Shown here in pieces: positions 60,516-64,000 of a stretch of 64,000 nucleotides of DNA. The stretch is from Chthoniobacterales bacterium (GTDB lineage: Bacteria > Verrucomicrobiota > Verrucomicrobiia > Chthoniobacterales > Chthoniobacteraceae): the NCBI GenBank assembly GCA_038207335.1, contig JBBQZX010000003.1, positions 217,019-281,018 on the forward strand, written 5' to 3'. Within the stretch, counting starts at the first letter, position 1, and each line of letters begins with the position of its first letter. The notes below the pieces were generated by a model. That model was not told the origin of the DNA. It ran no database searches and saw nothing but the letters and a program-made list of their open reading frames with translations. The position numbers and the translations under genes are program-made.

Positions 60516-61339
60516 CGACTCTCACCAAAGCCAAGATACGGGTTCCCAAGATCACCGTTCAAGATTTGGAGCGCGATACGATCAATGACCCGAATATCTG
60601 GTTCGCCAAGATGTTTCCTGAGTCAAAAGATCGCTTCGGGCCTGCATTCCTTCAGCTCACCGGAGACGACATGATCGGCCTCCCTCGCTTCGTTCCGCTG
60701 GAGATCAATGTCGACTTCTTTGCTCATGCTCTGGGCGGTGACAGACACCTCGGGCACCGGGTTGTCTACTATCAGCCAGAGGAAACCTTTTACTTTTACG
60801 ATCCCCGGCTGGGCTGCTTCTGTCCCACGACCGAAGCCAAGCTCGCGGCGTTGCTGTCTTCGTATCTGATCCAGTGTGCTCAAGAATCTGGAGGCTTGGT
60901 CGAGGTCGCGCCCCTCTTCACCAAGTTCCGTGACATTGAGGTTTTGAATGCCGTGATTCGCCGCGCTCGCGCATTGCTGGAGGCAGACAGTTCGTTCTTT
61001 TCTGGCGAACAAGGAAATCGCCGCATGATCGACGGCAAGATCATCGAATCCACAGCCAAAGCATCCTACGAGTTGTTCGTGGAGAAGGAGCTGGTCAAGA
61101 TCGATTCCAGTGCCATCACGGTCACCGATGCATTTCATCACTACTTCACCTTCTGCAGGCTCAATGCGCTCGCGCCCCTTTCGCGACAAGAATTTGCATC
61201 CCTCGTCGCTGAGGTGGTCCGGGTGGCTTTTGGATGTGGAGTGCGAAGAGATGTTCGAGGCCGCAATGGGAAGCAAACGGCAGGCTGGGTAGGACTTGGA
61301 TTGCGTGTTCCTGAGACTTCTGTCCTAGGACTCAGTTGA
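60512..61339 (+). CDS. primase/helicase-accessory-like protein (D5_N-like plus C-terminal winged helix)
   Basis: FYFYDPRLGCF; ITVTDAFHHYFTFCRLN..PLSRQEF...GWVGLGL resembles the P4/D5 primase C-terminal wHTH; no Walker A seen. Confidence 0.5.
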   Translation: MTTLTKAKIRVPKITVQDLERDTINDPNIWFAKMFPESKDRFGPAFLQLTGDDMIGLPRFVPLEINVDFFAHALGGDRHLGHRVVYYQPEETFYFYDPRLGCFCPTTEAKLAALLSSYLIQCAQESGGLVEVAPLFTKFRDIEVLNAVIRRARALLEADSSFFSGEQGNRRMIDGKIIESTAKASYELFVEKELVKIDSSAITVTDAFHHYFTFCRLNALAPLSRQEFASLVAEVVRVAFGCGVRRDVRGRNGKQTAGWVGLGLRVPETSVLGLS

Positions 61340-61535
61340 ACTAGTCCTAGAAGCCTCCGCAAGGCCGCTTAGCCCGATTCGGGTGTCCTTGGTCTTGGAT
61401 AACTCATCGAAGTCACCACGGTCAATTGTGAGCAAAGGCGGGGCATAGGAGCAACGCTACTCTAAGACTTGGCAACGTTTCCTTAAAAATGTCGTCCCGG
61501 CCGATGCGATCAGGGGTGTGAAAATATTTACACAG

Positions 61536-62516
61536 TCAGTCAATCGGGCTTCTCACGCCGATGCCGGGACGATTCAAAACATGCGTGTAGATCATTGTCG
61601 TGCTCACGTCTTTGTGCCCGAGCAACTCTTGGACAGTGCGAATGTCATACCCGGCTTCGAGAAGATGAGTGGCGAAGGAGTGCCGAAACGAATGACAAGT
61701 GGCAGGTTTGTCGATGCCAGCAGCACGCACCGCCTTCTGCACCGCGAGTTGTAGCGACTTCTCGTTGACGTGATGACGCTGGTTCCGTTGTGAGTGTGGG
61801 TCCAGAGAACGTCTCGCGGCTGGGAAGACATACTGCCAGATCCACTCTCGATGGGCGTTGGGGTATTTCTTCTCCAAAGCATTCGGCAGATGCACCGTGC
61901 CGAATCCATCCGCCAAATCTTCCTCGTGTAAAATCTTCACCTTCTTCAAGTGTCGTTGCAGTTGTTCCTCCAGCGACTCTGGCAGCATCGTCACCCGATC
62001 CTTTCCCCCTTTCCCGTCGCGGACCCCGATCTGATGATACCCAAAATCCAAGTCCGTAACCCTCAAACGCAGGCACTCCATGAGTCGTAGTCCACTGCCG
62101 TAAAGTAGGTTGGTCATCATCCTGTAGCTGCCCGAGAGATGGCCGATCACTGCCTGAGCCTCGACTTTCGTCAACACCACCGGAAGCTTCACGGGTCGCT
62201 TGGCTCGCTCCACGTTGTCGAGGAAGCCGAGCTTGCGTTGCAGGAATTGCTGATAGAGAAACAGCAGCGCGCTCAGGGCCTGATTCTGAGTGCTGGCCGC
62301 GACATTGCGGTCAGCCGCCAGGTAGGTGAGAAACGCGCTCACTTCTGCTTCGCCCATCTCCGTGGGGTGGCGCTTGCCGTGAAAAAGAATGAACTGCCGA
62401 ATCCAGTCCAGGTAGGTCTTCTCGGTGCGGATGCTGTAGTGCCTCAGCCGCATCGATCGGCGGACTTCCTCGAAAAGTTTCGGCTTGTGAAGTGCATCCG
62501 ATGCTGAAATTGTCAT
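61536..62516 (-). CDS. intI: integron integrase
   Basis: [51 protein letters not shown], integron-specific [46 protein letters not shown]. Confidence 0.97.
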   Translation of the reverse strand: MTISASDALHKPKLFEEVRRSMRLRHYSIRTEKTYLDWIRQFILFHGKRHPTEMGEAEVSAFLTYLAADRNVAASTQNQALSALLFLYQQFLQRKLGFLDNVERAKRPVKLPVVLTKVEAQAVIGHLSGSYRMMTNLLYGSGLRLMECLRLRVTDLDFGYHQIGVRDGKGGKDRVTMLPESLEEQLQRHLKKVKILHEEDLADGFGTVHLPNALEKKYPNAHREWIWQYVFPAARRSLDPHSQRNQRHHVNEKSLQLAVQKAVRAAGIDKPATCHSFRHSFATHLLEAGYDIRTVQELLGHKDVSTTMIYTHVLNRPGIGVRSPID

Positions 62517-62599
62517 TTTGTGAAGAACAGAACGTCACTGCGTATTTCTCTCGCTCAACCCAGAGAAGCAAGTAGAAATAGACGAAACGGTTGCGCATT

Positions 62600-62635
62600 T
62601 AATTGCGAAATTATTTCGTCCACTTCACGTTAGAC
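62600..62635 (+). other. attI site (core GTTAGAC)
   Basis: GTTAGAC at 62629-35 upstream of intI, exact complement of GTCTAAC opening attC1; left limit approximate. Confidence 0.75.
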
Positions 62636-62673
62636 CTATTTTCACATTCACCATCAACTGAGGTTTTCATATT

Positions 62674-62940
62674 ATGACGTTCACCAAAGACGAACTGGAC
62701 GGTAAGACCGTGGAATACGAGTCGGAGAGACTGGCAACTGGAGTTGGGATTCTTTCCGTGCGTCAGAACGACGCCGGACTTCTTGCATTTCAAATTCGGA
62801 TAACTTATGCGGGAGAGGCACAGCCTCCACAGCCATTGCCAGAACTCCTATCGTTTGAGAGTCTTCAGCGGCATCCAAAGCCTGATAGAGCGCAATTCCT
62901 TCTGGCCAGAGATGCAGGCGCACTTCTGATCCGCATGTAG
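62674..62940 (+). CDS. integron cassette 1 protein, hypothetical
   Basis: 88-aa ORF between attI and attC1; GAGG upstream. Confidence 0.7.
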   Translation: MTFTKDELDGKTVEYESERLATGVGILSVRQNDAGLLAFQIRITYAGEAQPPQPLPELLSFESLQRHPKPDRAQFLLARDAGALLIRM

Positions 62941-63055
62941 GATCGAGATACGCCAGGAATCCCTCGCTATCTATGTGCGTAGCCACAATCCATTCCTCTG
63001 TTTCAGCGCGGGAGATTAAGGACACAATAACGACGCGCGTGGTTAAACCCAATAG

Positions 63056-63158
63056 GTCTAACAATGCGCTGCAGCGAACGGGTTCGGCGCTAGGTTGCGC
63101 CTCACCAGTCCGCGCGTTTTCAGCGCCGCTCCCGTCGCTGAGCTTCGTGTCGTTAGGC
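63056..63158 (+). repeat. attC site 1
   Basis: GTCTAAC...GCTGCAGCGAACGGG / CCCGTCGCTGAGC...GTTAGGC with two extrahelical bases in the left arm. Confidence 0.92.
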
Positions 63159-63173
63159 GCTTCTAGCCGCACC

Positions 63174-63731
63174 GTGAAAACCGCGCTTTTATTTCTCTGC
63201 ATTGCGACGTTTGCCCTCGCAGCCGATGACGAAGGTTTGTCTCTCATGCGCGTGCCTTTCGAGCGTGGCTCTCAGACTCCGCCTTCCGTTTCGGTGTTCC
63301 TCGACCTTGGCTATGGTGGTATCGGCCGCAAGCAGCCTCACGCGGTCATTGCCTGCATCTGGCCCGACGGTCGGGCAGTTTGGTCTCGCGACCGTAGCCG
63401 TGGCGGCCCGCCGTATTTCACCGCACACATCGAGCCCAAGCGTCTTACCGAGTTGGTCGCCGCCTTGGACGCCAAAGGCATCTTCGCCCGCAAGGTCTGG
63501 TATAGCGTGGGCGTGGATTCCGAGCACCACGACATCAACATTCTGGACGGCCAGCGTCGCGTTGCATTCAGCGCCACCGGCTACTACAACAAGAACAGCA
63601 ATAAGCCGCCCGAACAGATCACTACGGTTCCCGACGCATACGCGTTTTTCCGGCAGCAGCTTGAGCGTCTTTTGCCACGTCAGGGTGAGCAGCTACGCGC
63701 ATTCGACTACGAACTACGAAAACTCCCATGA
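63174..63731 (+). CDS. integron cassette 2 protein, secreted hypothetical
   Basis: GTG start just after attC1; signal peptide MKTALLFLCIATFALA; stop just before attC2. Confidence 0.8.
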   Translation: MKTALLFLCIATFALAADDEGLSLMRVPFERGSQTPPSVSVFLDLGYGGIGRKQPHAVIACIWPDGRAVWSRDRSRGGPPYFTAHIEPKRLTELVAALDAKGIFARKVWYSVGVDSEHHDINILDGQRRVAFSATGYYNKNSNKPPEQITTVPDAYAFFRQQLERLLPRQGEQLRAFDYELRKLP

Positions 63732-63738
63732 ACGAAGC

Positions 63739-63909
63739 GCCTAACCATGCGCTGCAGCGAACGGCTCCGCGTGTCACGGTAGCTGCTATTTCTAGCTCGA
63801 ACCCGTCTCGTCCGAGCCACCTTTTTCTCTAGCTCGTATGCCTTCACTTCGCTCCACCTCGCAGCTACCGCGCCACGCTCCGCCGTCGCTGAGCTTGGGG
63901 TCGTTAGGC
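63739..63909 (+). repeat. attC site 2 (171 bp)
   Basis: GCCTAAC...GCTGCAGCGAACGGC / GCCGTCGCTGAGC...GTTAGGC; a third cassette begins after it and is cut by the window end. Confidence 0.92.
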
Positions 63910-64000
63910 GTTACAGCGCACCTTCCTTTGAAAGACACCTTTCGGAAGACTTACCCATTGCCACGCCAACTCCAATTCGATAACCCAATAGCCATGCACT

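Larger units (their letters stand above)
51771..64000. mobile_element. tRNA-Val-anchored integrative element (phage-satellite/IME-like) carrying a DRT2-type system and an integron; right end outside window
   Basis: Integrase directly after the tRNA; excisionase-like, primase-like and initiator-like genes; visible GC drop; no capsid or conjugation genes seen. Confidence 0.85.

Noticed and set aside
61325..61350. Near-palindrome CTAGGACT...AGTCCTAG at the end of the replication operon
   Set aside because: No T tract and no second copy; no function can be supported.
62517..62628. LexA box or Pc/Pint promoters near intI
   Set aside because: Only partial GAAC repeats and an imperfect palindrome (62591-62609); no convincing operator or properly spaced -35/-10 pair.
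62973..63173. N-terminal extension of the cassette 2 ORF (252-aa track ORF)
   Set aside because: It runs through attC1; GTG 63174 gives a clean signal peptide at the cassette start.
51771..64000. attR direct repeat of the tRNA 3' end
   Set aside because: No copy of the tRNA-Val 3' sequence was spotted by eye within the window; the right boundary stays undefined.

Overview
GC-rich bacterial chromosome segment, most likely Verrucomicrobia or another PVC lineage (inferred from TIGR03790-type, DUF1549/DUF1553 and PVC heme-binding proteins and a prepilin-type protein). Positions 1-51.6 kb hold mainly core and secreted-protein genes: rhaA, GH128, hflKC, pilD, a 2158-aa secreted protein, GH16, modABC, two membrane cytochrome-c dehydrogenases, a kexin-like protease, pfkA, manC, ruvX and truA. 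A lower-GC integrative element starts right after tRNA-Val(CAC) (51696-51770) and runs off the window end. It carries a tyrosine integrase, an excisionase-like HTH, a divergent ECF-sigma-like gene, and a DRT2-type antiviral reverse transcriptase (YCDD) preceded by a ~280-nt highly structured ncRNA with two ACA motifs 119 nt apart. Further along are an AEP/RepB-like primase abutting the RT, a repeat-containing replication-initiator-like gene, and a complete integron (intI, attI, two full cassettes, a third starting). The inferred RT template has no stop-free frame on either strand, so it departs from the canonical DRT2 never-ending ORF. Two stray integron-cassette relics lie in the core chromosome (47.9-48.6 kb and 0.5-1.0 kb), at points where local G/C skew flips. 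All family calls are from motif recognition by eye; no searches were run.
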